From Catajapyx aquilonaris (lineage: Eukaryota), in NCBI GenBank assembly GCA_000934665.2, contig KZ538768.1, forward strand, positions 1 to 64,000: DNA of 64,000 nt, written 5' to 3'. The notes below the pieces were generated by a model. The model did not search any database. It worked only from the letters and a program-made list of their open reading frames with translations, and was not told the origin of the DNA. Positions 1 through 13,169 of the stretch are shown piece after piece. The position numbers and the translations under genes are program-made. How positions within the stretch are numbered: position 1 is the stretch's first letter; each line of letters opens with the position of its first letter.

Positions 1-1192
1 CCTTGCGACATTATTTCTGGTGGGCACCCTCATCGTTCCAAAAGCACCCAGTTCGCCGGAACTGGGCGCACTTCCAGACGGTATAAACACACCTTCAGGT
101 GGAAAATGTTTCGCCCAAGTATAAAAAGGTGCCGGCGGTAATCGTGCCCACATCTGGACAGGGGAGTGGGGGGATGGGGAATGAAATGGCGGAAACTATT
201 GACATTAAAAGTAGTGTAGTTCCATCAGTCGGTGTATCCGGTTGGCTGGGCAATAAACTTTTCTGCTTTGCCAATTTGCCCCGCGAAGGCTTTGTTTGCA
301 GGGCCAGGAATTTATTTGACTTGGGCTAGGAGGCCTCCCAGCGCGCGAAAAAGGTTCCTGGCTGCGTTTACATATTTGGCAGCGGTCGCCCCTATTACGC
401 AGCCCACTAGGCCCTGGGCCCGACCTGACAAAAATTGCCTTATTCTACTTTGCCTCCCGCTGTTTGGAGGCCTTCCAGAGGTTGTTTGCGCGGCGACGTT
501 GGTGTAGCGTCGTGTTGTCTTTTGTCTCAGGCACATCATCGATGGAGCTAGGATGGCGCAAAAAAAGAAATCTGCCCCTTCCCCCAACACCACCCACTTG
601 AAGGGGGGTAAACGTCTATGGGGGAGGTTGTAAGTGTAGCCAGAAGGACAAATGGGGTGGCGCCATGTACTCCAAAGCCGACGTCGCCGTCTGCTTTTGC
701 CCGTGCCAAGAACGGCCTGTTGTATTGCACCATATTTGTTCCTGTCAGATCGGTAGGAATGCTGTAGATTAACTCTATTTGTTAGCCGCACAAGCTGAAG
801 AGACGCGTCTCGCTTGGCTCTTGCGCACTATTTTTTTCACTCCTCTTTTTTTGAGTCAGTTCCTTGTGGGCAACGTTATCTTTACATCGTGGAGGATGAA
901 GCTCCGGAGGTTCCGGAGCGGCTCTATATTGGGTTTAATAGCAATGCCGCAGCATCCTGGCAGGATGCAAGCGGTACTGTCTTAACCCAGGGGGATCGAT
1001 CAGTCTTGACGGGTAACTTTGAAGCCATCGATTCGGTTGATTGATTGTCGCTGGTGGTGCTGCAGCAGCATCACGGGCCCACGGAGATTTGAATCGATGT
1101 GTTTTGGGGGAGGGGGTGGGGTGGGTGCGTACCAAGCAGCATCCGCTGTCTCCTTGGTTCTGAGGTATAGTTGTAGGGGTACCGTTTGGGGG

Positions 1193-1210
1193 GAAGAAGA
1201 AGAAGAAGAA
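1193..1210. repeat. (GAA)6 microsatellite
   Basis: Directly visible. Confidence 0.9.
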
Positions 1211-1699
1211 GGCAGCAGCCATTTGTAACGATATTTCCAGGAGTGGGTTCCTCCTCCTTCCAGGATCCATTATTCATAGCGAATTGAAGGGGGGGACTGG
1301 TCTGGAGTTAGGGCCAGGGTTTTGAGGGGGGATCGCAGGAAATTAAAGGAGAAGCCTAGGCCCTTGGCGACGCCGAAGACGCCTGATTGTTTCCAGCTTG
1401 TGGGGGCCAAGAATCCCCACATTCATTTGGAGCCCTTCTGCTTAACCTCATCCTTGCCGCCTCCTTGGATCTCCCGATAGGTGTGGCCTTAATAGAGAGA
1501 AGGGGTTGGGGAGAGGAGGAGAAGGAGAGGAGGTTTAGTCCGGAGTGGTCCAAGGAAAGCCTTGCGGGGATTCCGATCCTAATTGGATGGGGTTGCATGT
1601 TGTCAGAGTGGCGTTGTGTCGCCTGTCTACTTCCGACCAGGTCGGTGGAGGAGGGGGGAGATGGGGATGGGGATGGGGAAGGGGTATAGGGTTTGGCTG

Positions 1700-1723
1700 G
1701 GCTGGCTGGCTGGCTGGCTGGCT
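1700..1723. repeat. (GGCT)6 microsatellite
   Basis: Directly visible. Confidence 0.9.
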
Positions 1724-3573
1724 CTCTCCTGCTTACCCTCTTAAGACGCGCCGATGGCTCCTGACTTTCTCCTGAGGTTGACTCTTGCAGCCTCCCGAAT
1801 TCAACCCCTTGGAAAATAATGGAGTTGAGGGATTCCGGGGACCTGGAAGGGCTGGCTTACACTGGAAGGAAAGGGAAGAGAGGGGGGTGGAGGTGGGGAT
1901 AAGGATGGTGCTGCTACTGCTTCCCAAACTTTGTTTGTCAATTTGCCAGCACCAGGTTCATCCCTCCAGTCGGTGGTGTAAGCCGTGTATGGGCCAGTGT
2001 TCATTACGAAGCAAAATAGTTTGAATGGCAGTTGGTGCGAGCGGAGGGGTTGTAAAACTAGGCCCATTAATGCGACGTAACTTGGCGTGCAAGAAAACAG
2101 GGTCCGATTCCTCGAACTGTCGGCCTAGAAGCTGTTGACGCGAGGAGGAGAACTAATAGAGACAGACAGGAGACTATGGCTGGAGGAGGAATTTACCTGC
2201 ACCTGAGTGAAGGTGTAATTTAGGAGAAGGAGTTAGTTAGTGCCTGGTTTGCTTTGACACGCTGGGAGCCCTGCCAGGGGACTGTGGGCACACGGTCCCC
2301 CACGGCCACGGTCGAGGGGACAATTTACAGATGCGGAAACAGCTCAAGGAGATCGGCGACGAGTCTTTGAGTGCCTGCGCACGGTCTCATTTGGAAGCCA
2401 AACAAACCCGGGCAACTTGTGTTCTTTTAAGTCGAGTCCTTCCTTCCTTCCTTCACTTCCTCCCAAGCCTTCCAGCTAACCAACCAACCCACCTCAGGGT
2501 TCGGTGACAAGTCGGTGCACTTGCCGATTGCCGATGGAGGATTAAAAGATGTGCGGAGGCTAGGTGTTAGTTAGGCGGAGGAATTAGTAGTGGCTCCTTG
2601 GCGGTGGTGCCAGAGAGAAAAGGGGATGGGAGAGGAGAGGAGGCGGATGAGAAACTGGTGCACTTTGCGGGTTGTTCCGATGATTCACGATGCCAATCGC
2701 CACCGCGAAACGACGCCGCATGCAGTTCGTCTTGGTTCCCGGCGACTTTCCTTGCTTGTTGTGCTGGTTAGGCCCCTGCTCCGTATGGTATATAGCGAGT
2801 GAGACTGGTACAGTACCTCCCCACCCTTTTCCTCCTCCCCATTCCCTGCACTCCCATTACATGGAACTACCTGCCTCATTACCGGCCTCGATCGCGCTGT
2901 GTGTAAGTGTACCCAGAGAGAGCCCTCCCACCCCCCTACTGAATTCACCTCATCAGGTCATGCATGGACTAAATTGGTAAATCGTGCACATGCTACTTGC
3001 TCCGTACCTCCCACATTTTGGCTTCCTCCCCAAAATGGGAGCTTATGGGCCAAACGGTTTAATTGATCGAAAACGTTGGGAAGTGAGGGGGTTGGTATAG
3101 TGAGGAAGGGGTGGGTGGAGAGGGAGGGAGGTAATAGGCCACAGCACGTGCACGTCTCCATGGCAAAGAAGATTAGCGTTGTTTGTGCGTGTAGAGTAAA
3201 TAGGAGACATTTATCCATTGCCTGGAAGCCCTTCCAAGTCACGACGCTTCGCCTTACAAGACAGGGTAGCTGGAGAAACTGGTAATTGAGTTTGGGAGGG
3301 GGTCCTTGAGTTGTCTGGCCGATCCCCTCCCCCTTTCCCTCCTACTCTCTCCTTTAATCTCCACCCACCACCTCATCCCCCCTCCCCCCCTATAATCTTT
3401 ACCGAAATAGTCCAACATGCATCAAACAGTTTGGAAAGTTAAAGGGAGGGAAACCCCGATTCCCCCAGGGAAACAAGGATTTTAATGAATTGTGAATACG
3501 TATCGGGCCCCGCCGCATTTTGAGCGGGGCCGTTTACGAACCCGGGGGTGGGTGCAAGAGCCGCATGACCCGG

Positions 3574-3607
3574 GCTAATTTCCATCCGAGGCTAATTTGG
3601 ATCCGAG
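3574..3607. repeat. 17-bp tandem duplication with 2 mismatches
   Basis: GCTAATTTCCATCCGAG (3574-3590) followed by GCTAATTTGGATCCGAG (3591-3607). Confidence 0.8.
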
Positions 3608-3618
3608 TCGGAGGCGTC

Positions 3619-3638
3619 CTCTCTCTCTCTCTCTCTCT
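3619..3638. repeat. (CT)10 microsatellite
   Basis: Directly visible. Confidence 0.9.
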
Positions 3639-3661
3639 CCTTTGACTTAAAAGGCCACGTT

Positions 3662-3664
<3 letters not shown>

Positions 3665-3740
<76 letters not shown>
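3665..3740. repeat. (GA)38 microsatellite
   Basis: Directly visible perfect dinucleotide run. Confidence 0.97.
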
Positions 3741-3744
<4 letters not shown>

Positions 3745-6700
3745 CTTAAACAGCACTTGGTTTGCCTGGGCTTAAATGGTTAAGGTCTGTGAGGAAGCAA
3801 ATGGCCGAGCTCGTTAAGATGTCCGGGCCGGTTGGGTGGCGGCGGTGGTGGCTGCCATTGGGGATGGGACGCCAGGGTTGTCTTTTTATGGTCGGTCGGA
3901 TGCGAGCAAGTGGCAGGTTTCCGGCTGCAGCTAAGGAGGAAATCGCGCTAAGTAAAGTGGAAGAGAGGAGCAGGGATGAGGAGGGGAATGGAAACTCCCG
4001 GATTTCAAAGTCTGGAGCTTAGCCCCCGTGGCTGTCTTAATGGTGTGGCGGGAAAGGCGCTGAGTATTGCTTTCACTTGGCCGAATTACCCTGTTCGATA
4101 ACTACTGTACTGTTTTTTTCTGGGGGGGGGGGGGGGGAGGGGAGTTGGGAAGGGTTTTTTCCCTCTGATTTTTCATGTGCGGTGAGAACAATCACGGCCA
4201 AATTTGTGGGTCCGATATAGTGGGAGTGAATCAGGCCGAATCCCACCTGTCATGTTCGGCTTTTAAACCCATGGTCATCACACAGCCAGTGCGGCTCGCA
4301 TCAGGACTATTGACTTTAATCAATGAAAACAGATTCCTGTATAAGCTTCCAGTACCGGCAGAAAGTTAGTTTGTAATTGGTTTCCAATTTTCCGACCGGA
4401 TGAAGGATTACTTTACCAAGTTTTTGTCCTCCCCCACATTCTTCCCCCTGCATTTTCTCTTCTTTTTTTTGAACTTTGGTATAAACAATCCTCTTCCATA
4501 CAGTCCTTTTGCTTGCTTGGAAGTTGCAGAGACGTAAGCTCCTCCTGAATGTACGCCGGGCGAAAAGAGTTCCGAAGCAAGTTTCATGTGAGCCCAAGAA
4601 AATGTAGGTCAGTAGGATCTAGATTGGATGATCAAAAAGCTTTTCCGCATCTTCACTGGAAAAAAGTACGAGGAAAGGGGTGGTGGGGGTGGGAGGATGG
4701 GTAGTCCTATGGAAGACATACAATCTTTCTGCCTTCCTGGAGCTTCCCGTGGCTGAATTTTGGGGGAGGGTAGGGATTGGGGTGGTCCAACACAGAGGGA
4801 GGGAAGGGAGAGAAAGAGCCGTGGTCGTGATGGATGGACGTTGGGAAGGCGGCTTAGCTGAGACCCACCGACGCCGACAACTTTAGCCCTGGGTTCTATC
4901 CCACTTTGGGCGCCTCCCTCCCCTCGCCTCCTCCTCCTCCTCCGCCTCCGCCTCCCCAGTCCGAACTAGCCGCAATCACACGGAAGATTGGGGCGGCCAA
5001 CCGCTTTTGGTCACCGCAAGCCCTTTGAAGGCCCCTACCTCGATTTTGGGCTTGAATGGCAGGGCCACACGTTTAGGCCCCGTAATCAATTGCGGCCCGG
5101 CTCGTCAACGTTTCCTCCTGTAGTTAACTAGTTATTATAGTTTGTTCTTGATCGTTCGGGGTGGCCGTAAACGCGGGCCGGAGGTCCCCGTGTACACCCC
5201 GCTTGAATTGGGTCACATTATCATCACAACACAAATTATAGCTAAAACAAGGCTCGTCATTGGATTGCAGACAATTCTGGAAAATTAGTCGTATTTAGTG
5301 CGTGATGAAATGTTAATCACGTTTATTGCCGGTGGTATCGCCAGTAATCGTAGGCCTAAAGTTAATTAAAGCTTAGGCCTACCATTTAATGGAGGGATTT
5401 AAGCACAACTGGGTATTGATAATAGATTAAGTCTAATCGCATTAACGTGTCAATTGTGCATTCCTGCGGAAATGTAAAGTTTGACGCTCCGGGATGTACG
5501 CGAACAATGAAAACGGTGCTTCCTTCGCCCCAACGTGCAGCCAGACTACAGTAGTCTTTGCTCTCTTCTCTCCTCGCAAGAAACAAAAGTTTAATTTTTT
5601 TTCTCTCTCTCTCTTTCTCTTTCGTTCCCGTGGAGTTGGCAGCGCCAATTCATTGCCCACGGTCGCAAGAAAAAAAAAAAAGAAAAAAATTGTGGGGAGA
5701 GACTAGGGACCTCTCAAAAGAAGGCGAGAGTTGTCAACCAGGCCTGTCTTTTTAGTTTGGCGGGGGCGACGAAGGTTTTCTTTCCTTTTTGCCCCGGGGT
5801 TTGAGCCTGCTTGACATGTCTGCGGGGCAAGATGGACTCGCGGCCTGAGCTAAACCCTGGGATGGCCTCGGGAGATTGGCTTGTTTCTTAGGAGGGGGAG
5901 AGCTGGTGGCTGGGTGGGAGGGAGGGAGGAAGGGCAGATTGAAACCTGAGAGATTGGGAGGAAGAAGATCTAGTGTCGGGTCCAGAAAGAGGTCTTACTT
6001 AAAGGTGAGAAGGGGATTTGATGTCCTGTCCTGGGCTAGTCAGGCTCGACTTGTTAAGAGATTTAAACCGGGGCCTAGGAACCAGTCAGATAGAGCAGGA
6101 GGGAGAGGGAGAGGGGGGAGAGAGAGAGCCACGCTATACCAGAAAGTAGGTTAGGCAGTGTCGTGTACTGGGTGGTAAAGAGATGAAACGCATTAGTTAA
6201 ATAATTATAATGTTTGTGGAGGGCTCCTTGCATTCTGGCATATTTACATAAAAGCTATTACTCCAGAGGTTCAAGCATCCACACGAAACGGCTGCGGTGG
6301 AGGCTAATTAAATATTTAGAACTGCGTCTAGAGACCCTGCATGAATATCAGATTGTGCTTACGGCGAGGGGTGGGAGGGGGAGGGGGGAGGGAATGATTG
6401 CCTCAAGTTAGTATTTGTGCAGGGGAGCAAGCTTTTGTGAATAGTACATTGCTGGAAGCACGTCACATATTGCCAGCTTGTGTCGAAATATCGACATTTT
6501 GCCTCTTCCCTCCCACCCAGGCAGCGCCGGGGAAATTTGGGGAACGCGTGTTTAGGAACACTTGTGGACTTGGGTGTAGTCGCGGCCGATTGAACCGGGT
6601 CTTCGGATCGGGAATAATCAATTGGGCAGCGATGGAGGAGAGAGACGGAGAGAGAGACGGAGAAGCGGCGAGGAGAAGGCCACCTGAGGTCCTGGAAGTT

Positions 6701-7492
6701 GCGATCTAGCCAACTTTGTAGTAGTTATTTATTTTATTTTTCCCTGGTGCTCCTTCTCAGGTGCACTTTGGCAAGAGCTGCAGTAGTTCCCCCCGTTGGC
6801 TTCTCCAGGGTTGCCTCCATCCGCCTCCGGGATGCGGGACTCTTTTCAAAGAAGTTGAGCTAAGTTGGATAACGAAGTTTCCACCCCAATCCACTCTCTG
6901 GTCTCTTCCTCCATTGCTACTCGTAGAAAATGGGGCAGCTTGGAGCTCTCAGTCTTTGTGGCTAACACTTTTTTGAGTAAGGAATTGGTGGGCGAGGGAA
7001 GAGTTTCCATATTGCCCGTCGTCGTCGTACCTTCTCCTGTGTTCAGGCGGACCCCAGTTCATATATCCCCCCGTCGCGTTTTACAATAAAGTGTAGGTGT
7101 TCGGCTCAGCCAACTTTGGAGAGGTATGGTTCTAATTAAGTGTGCTGGGGTTATTGAATTGCAAAAAACCTGCGAGGGTATAGGAATCTTGTCGAAGGGA
7201 TTTTAATTAAATGCCCGTCGGGCCAGAGGATACCCCCGTCCCTTCCCCGACCGAAGGGGTCTTTTTCCTTTCCCACTTGATGACTGGGGGTGACAAAAGG
7301 AGTGAGGTGTTGGGATGGTGTGGGGGTGGGTGCTGGGAGAGGACGGAGGTGGAAAATTTAATTTCGTTCCAAATGGTTCCGAACTAGGTGTGAATCCCCC
7401 CTCTCTCGCTTTTCCAGCAAACCGTCAAACCATTGTTTTAAGTCAATCAAGCCCGCAATTGTTACCTGATACATACGTCATCCCAGACAAAA

Positions 7493-7500
<8 letters not shown>

Positions 7501-7535
<35 letters not shown>
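7501..7535. repeat. (AG)17 microsatellite
   Basis: Directly visible. Confidence 0.95.
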
Positions 7536-7538
<3 letters not shown>

Positions 7539-10500
7539 AAATGCGACGATTGTTTCTCATTCCGATGTCAGACTAATTGGAGGAGCTTCTTTGATATAGG
7601 GGGGGAGAGCAACAACGTAATGAACGAGGGGCGTTTATCATCGAATTTGATACCCGCCCCCGTAGACTGAGGCCTTACTTGAAAGCATCTTAATGGGGAG
7701 AAGGATTCGGTGTGGGGCTTGCGGGTTGCATTTCAATTAAGTGCGGATTGGGAGAGGTGAGATTTCTTGCTTGCCTTCCCCCCCTCGCTTCTACTTTGGC
7801 GCACTTTCGCACACGGAATAATTTACTCCTAGTCATCATCTTCCGCTTTCTAACCGCCAAAAGGACGGCTTTAATCCTGGAATCGGAGTTGTCAAGTTTC
7901 CTCTGGGTGTAGTTATCGTCCGCTGCCAATCATCACTGGCGCAGCTTCTCATCAGCCGGTGTTATGTACACACAGGATCGGAATTTCCTCTTATATGCTG
8001 TCGTGATTCGCTGAATATGTGCGTCCCTTACGGCGTACATAGTAACCGGAGGCTTAGGAGTGACTGTGATTGACGGAAAGGAGCCTGGAATTATGACAGA
8101 AGGCAATAGCAGCTGTCGGCGCGCGCATCCCTTCAGACCCTGTGAAGTCAGACTTGCAAAGGATTCCCGCGGCGCCTGTAGTCATTGCTTCCATTAACTA
8201 ATGGGGGTAGGAATTAACTGGCGGAGAGACCTTCCATTTTGTTTTATTTGATTTTATTTTCCCGCCGCAGCGTTGATCCCCCCCTATCCTGGAAAATGGC
8301 CGCCGGAGCACTCGAACTTGATTGCTGTGCTATGCGCCCGGGGTAGGTATCGGTAACACAACCAAACATGTTATGGATTTGCCTTTAGCTTTTGCTTTAG
8401 TCTGGGATACGCGATTCGCGTCAATAAAGGTGGAAAAACAGCCCTCGGGCCCCGGTGTTATCCCAGTCGACACACCTGCGCACTAGCAGGTTTTGTGGTG
8501 TGTTGGAATATCTTCAACGAGAGTGGGTGGAAGGGGGTAGGGGGCACGAGACTAATAATATTGCACGGGATTTCTGTCAGGTTGTAACCGCGATCTGAAT
8601 TTTAGCTGAGCTCCAGTCAGTTCTTGTGTGCTTTTCTCTGGCAATGCGGAAGGTGAGCCATGAATTAGTAACCGTTAAGTCCGGTACATTAATTCTTACG
8701 CTGTTCGTTTTGGTCGAATTATGAATGTGCCCGAGCGTGAGTCCAAAAGCGTGCGGCCTAGGCCAGCAGGGGCAGCCGAGGGTGGGGCCACGTTTCAAGT
8801 AGTACGCACACGATATGCTCGTATCCCAGCTTTTCTTTGAATTTCGGGGAAACTCTCTCTGGGTTGGGCCAAGGCGCCCGAGATTTAATATTGCGCAAAA
8901 GTTGAACCTCCCCGGCTTTCAAAGTCGGAAAACTTCGGGCGGACGAGATCTGTAGTATAACTTTTAAACTTCAGTTGTTGTATTTAATAATGCGCCGAAA
9001 TTAAAATAAGAAAGAGCGGGATGTGACCGGAGCCGGCCTTTTTCGGCTGATCACCTACCAAGAGACCAGTACTTCGGAATTTATTTTAAAACACGTTGTT
9101 TGCCAATGTTTTAGCTCATTTTAAAATATTAAACCATTGTTTTAGGCTCATAACTGCACTACTTTGCATTCATAGATGGCTGTTTCTATTGGCTTTAGTT
9201 TATTTGTGAATGGTCAGCTAATAGGAACTTCGTGGAAGCAGTGTAAGATGCTCTGTGTGAAAGTCTTGAATCTTTTCTTTGAGAGTTTGTGTCGGGCCAA
9301 AGGTAGTGCGCCTAATTTTTCTCCCGCGGACAGACTTGCTGATTGTGCTGTTTGGCGCTTTTGTAACGATTTGGAAGGTACGGAACTAGCTCGCCGTTTG
9401 ATTTCCCTGACAAGCTGTTGTGATAGAGTCGGCAGCTCCCAGCATCTTTTCAGTGGAATCAGAGCGAGATTAAGAAATCGAACGAACCCGGGGCCGCTCA
9501 GAATGGCTGTCTCCTAACGGAAACCTGACTCCTTCTACGTATTCGCATATTCTCTCTTCTTCTTTTTTTTCTCAGAAGAGGAGAAAAAAAAGAGGAGGCT
9601 TTAATCATTTTCTTTGGGCTCTCCTTTGATTTTTCCTACTTCTAGGCGATTGATTCATTACGCGAAGGCCTTACAAAAGAAAAAGGAGTTGGGAGGGTGG
9701 GGGGGAGGACAGAGAGCTAGAGGGGGCACTAACAAATTGGGGGGTTTTACGGGACGAAAATGCGCACGGGGTCTCTGAAAATTTTCCTAGAGCGGGGCCA
9801 AGGGAAGGAAACATCCTTTGTGTAGGGTACGGAATAAAAGGAAGCCGTAATTAAATTAAGAAGACTGGGATTTAGGAACTGCAGGGTCATGACCGGAGAC
9901 ACCTGCCATCATTAGTTTGTTCCCAACTGATCGTGTCGTGTGTAAGTCGGCAGAATAGCTGCAGAGATGCGATTTCCAACCTTGGGGAGACTTTTGCAGC
10001 TAAGCCCAGCAGCCTTGAGAAAATAGGTCGGACCAAATGGACAGAATGTGTGATGGGGTCCGGATGAAAAGTGTGGAACCCGTTGAAGTGCACCTGCAAA
10101 AATCAGCGTCGCGGGGGGGGTACCCCCTCCTCATGCTCTTAACCAGAGTCCAAAAGAGTTGTGGGGGTGGGAGGAGGGGGGGGGGCTTTAAAATATCGGT
10201 GGAAGGCGAGATGAGTCCTGGGCGACGTCTATCGCCTCGGTGGCCCCTCTCATCATCCTCACCTCATCTGAAGAAGTGAGGAAAAGGAGCCCTTGGGAGA
10301 TTAGAGCGCGTGTGAAATGGGGCCGGTGAGAGTCCCCGGGTCGCCTCCGGAGGGGGGAGGGGGAAGGGCAGGAAGGGCGCTGGACAATCTAAAAGAGGGG
10401 AGGGGGGGAGGGGAGTAATGATAATGGGGCTGCCACCAGCCTTTGATCTGGAAGAGTTGTTTGTTTGGGCTGGTGGCAGCCATTTGGGGTTACCCCCACC

Positions 10501-11723
10501 CCCACCTCTCCTTTTGCGACAGCTATGAAATGGGCTCCGGAGGAAAAGAAGAAAAGGAGAGAAGTGAGAAAAGAAGGAACGGAAAGTTCGCGCTTGCTCA
10601 ACCTTATGACAGCGAGCTAGGGAAGGAAGGAGGGAAGGTTTGGGGAGAGGAGGAAGGGGGGATAGGAGGAAGGGGGGGATAGGATCACGCTCAAATAATG
10701 CGCCGTATTCATCCAGTCGCCTTAAAGGGAAAGCCTGCTGGATCTGACGCTAATGTGGCATAATTGTCAAAAATTCCGTCGATTGATGGCTTCGGGTCGG
10801 ATGGAGGCCGAGTTTTCCCCCTGGATGTTTCAACTTTGGATAAGGAAAAAAAAAAAATGATTTTTTTTCTTCTTCTAAAGGGTTAGGAAATTTCCTGGAG
10901 TCGTCGCATTGGCGCAAATGAAAGTGTGGTTAGGGGAAGGTCATCCTGGGGAAATGTGTTTGGTGTAGGTGCGCACCTGCACAGTGAGTGTGACGACAAT
11001 GCAAATCGATGTGGAGCCGACTTTTGTAGGTGTCAGGTGCATTACAGTAATTGCGTCACAAAGTGCTCAATTTCCATATTGCCGGGACTGCTGCTGCAAC
11101 AGTTTAAAATCCCCCAGATTTGGCCCACAATATTGGCTGGGTGGGCTATAAGGGCAAACTATAGTTATCAAAGCAGGGGGTTGCATGCACTTAATTGTGT
11201 CCATGCAGGTAAAAATTGTCCTCATCATTGGCGGGTGTCCCCCTGCAAAAAATGGCGAGTTGAGGACCGTAATTAAAGGGCAGTGCGCTCCCTCGATAAG
11301 GGTAGCTGAATGCGCTCGACACGCACATACTACTACGAACTGGAGTCGCCCCTGAGAAACTTGGCAGCCCCTTGCAGAATTTGGCAGGCCTGTGTGAATA
11401 AGAGACGCGACCAGGGAGAAAGAAAGGAGAGAAAAGGGGGGGAATATACACCGTGGGGAGACCTCCAGGGCGAATGTATTGTTGGAGCAGGACAAAAAAA
11501 ATAAATTGCGATCTTATTATAACTGGAGCTGGATGGCAGCAGCAAAAGCCGATGTGGATCCGACTAAAACGGGACTGGCTGTTGGTTAAATGGTACCAGC
11601 ATGAAGCAGCAGTGAATGTAACGGGGACTGAACAATGACTGCGCTATTCATGGTGGTCTGTTCCGATTTTGAATCGTCCAGGCTAATCAATGTCCAGTCT
11701 AGAGTTCCCCTCCCCCCTGCTAA

Positions 11724-11727
<4 letters not shown>

Positions 11728-11798
<71 letters not shown>
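11728..11798. repeat. (GA)35 microsatellite
   Basis: Directly visible. Confidence 0.97.
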
Positions 11799-11801
<3 letters not shown>

Positions 11802-13002
11802 CGGGCTTTAAAAATATATAAACTTTGCAACTGAAACTGCACGCTCAAGTCAACTCACGTATGTTGGAAATTTATGCTGGAAATGTTTGCATGCATAAAT
11901 AAATGGCTGAAGGTAGCGCCATAATATTTGATGTTTATGCAGCAGTGAAACCATGCACTTTCTAACTTAACAGTTCAGCCATGGGGAGAATTTTAATGCA
12001 CGGGCAAAGAAATGTACCCAGCTATAGAAAACATTACTGCTGGTAATTTTTTTAAGAGGAGAGAATTCATAATTTTGCATCCTGTAGTAGTATCATGATT
12101 TGTTTTTAGTACAGTAGATTGGAATAAATCCGAAGTGCTCAGTAGGTGGCAGAACACATGCTATATGTTTGTGACATCCGGTGAATGTTTTTTTTTTTCT
12201 CTCTATGGAACATCCGCTATTCATTGCATGATCTGATTGGACGCATTCAGGGTGCTTTGACTCGCATTATATTGGGGGTACAGGTATTACCTCTGGGAAC
12301 GGTATCAACCGCCGAGCCGCGGTGAAATAATATAAATTATGTAGCCGGTACATAAATATTTAACTGCACGAACATTCTTGCACATGTATCGCTGTACATG
12401 TGGAGTGAACTGGATGGAATATGTCCGGTAGCCTGTTATTGACGTATAGCCTGTTTCCGTGAAATTGGTATATATGGTCCGTCACTGGCCTATTGGTATA
12501 TTGGGGGGAGGGGGGGGGGGGTGGNGGGTGGAGGCCGCGCGCTTGCGTGAAACAGTTTGGACACTGATGAAACTCAAAGTTTTGCGAGCGAAAACGCGAC
12601 CTGTCCGCCTCGATTGATTACCGTGGACATGTATATATAGCCGCACGCTATCGTACCCCCGAGAAGGAATTTTGGGGAAGAAAAAGGAGGCCTCTCGTTT
12701 AGTGAGCTGTTGGGACGTCCGCTTTGCACCGCTTTGCCCCGACTGGTCAGCATTATACTGACTACTGGCAGGTGACGGTTCAAGTTTGCTAAATGGCAAC
12801 CAAATCGACCCCCCGCCTCAATCCCTTGTAATGTGGTCATCCATCAGGTTCTTCCGACACAGCCCCGATGGGAGGTGGCTTTGTACAGCTGCCGGCAATT
12901 ACCTCTCCGTATGGCGGCTAAATGCTGTTTGTATTGTGGCAGAAGTTACATGACAACTGCGGAGGATGGCGTGGGGTGGGGGTCCGGGTCTCTCTCTCTC
13001 TC

Positions 13003-13169
13003 NNNNNNNNNNNNNNNNNNNNNNNNNNNNNNNNNNNNNNNNNNNNNNNNNNNNNNNNNNNNNNNNNNNNNNNNNNNNNNNNNNNNNNNNNNNNNNNNNN
13101 NNNNNNNNNNNNNNNNNNNNNNNNNNNNNNNNNNNNNNNNNNNNNNNNNNNNNNNNNNNNNNNNNNNNN
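13003..13169. other. Assembly gap (167 N), entered from a (TC)n run
   Basis: Run of N. Confidence 0.99.

Noticed and set aside
4850..4910. Second tRNA/SINE-like element (GGTTCTATCCC B-box-like)
   Set aside because: There is no convincing A-box, anticodon arm or acceptor stem.
6076..6090. 15-mer TAGGAACCAGTCAGA repeated at 35376-35390
   Set aside because: A few 15-mer matches are expected by chance among all position pairs in 64 kb, and the similarity does not extend.
9721..9731. CTCF-like cores (AGGGGGCACTA here; also 12139-12152 and 42090-42101)
   Set aside because: These are isolated partial motif matches in G-rich sequence and cannot be distinguished from chance without ChIP or PWM statistics.
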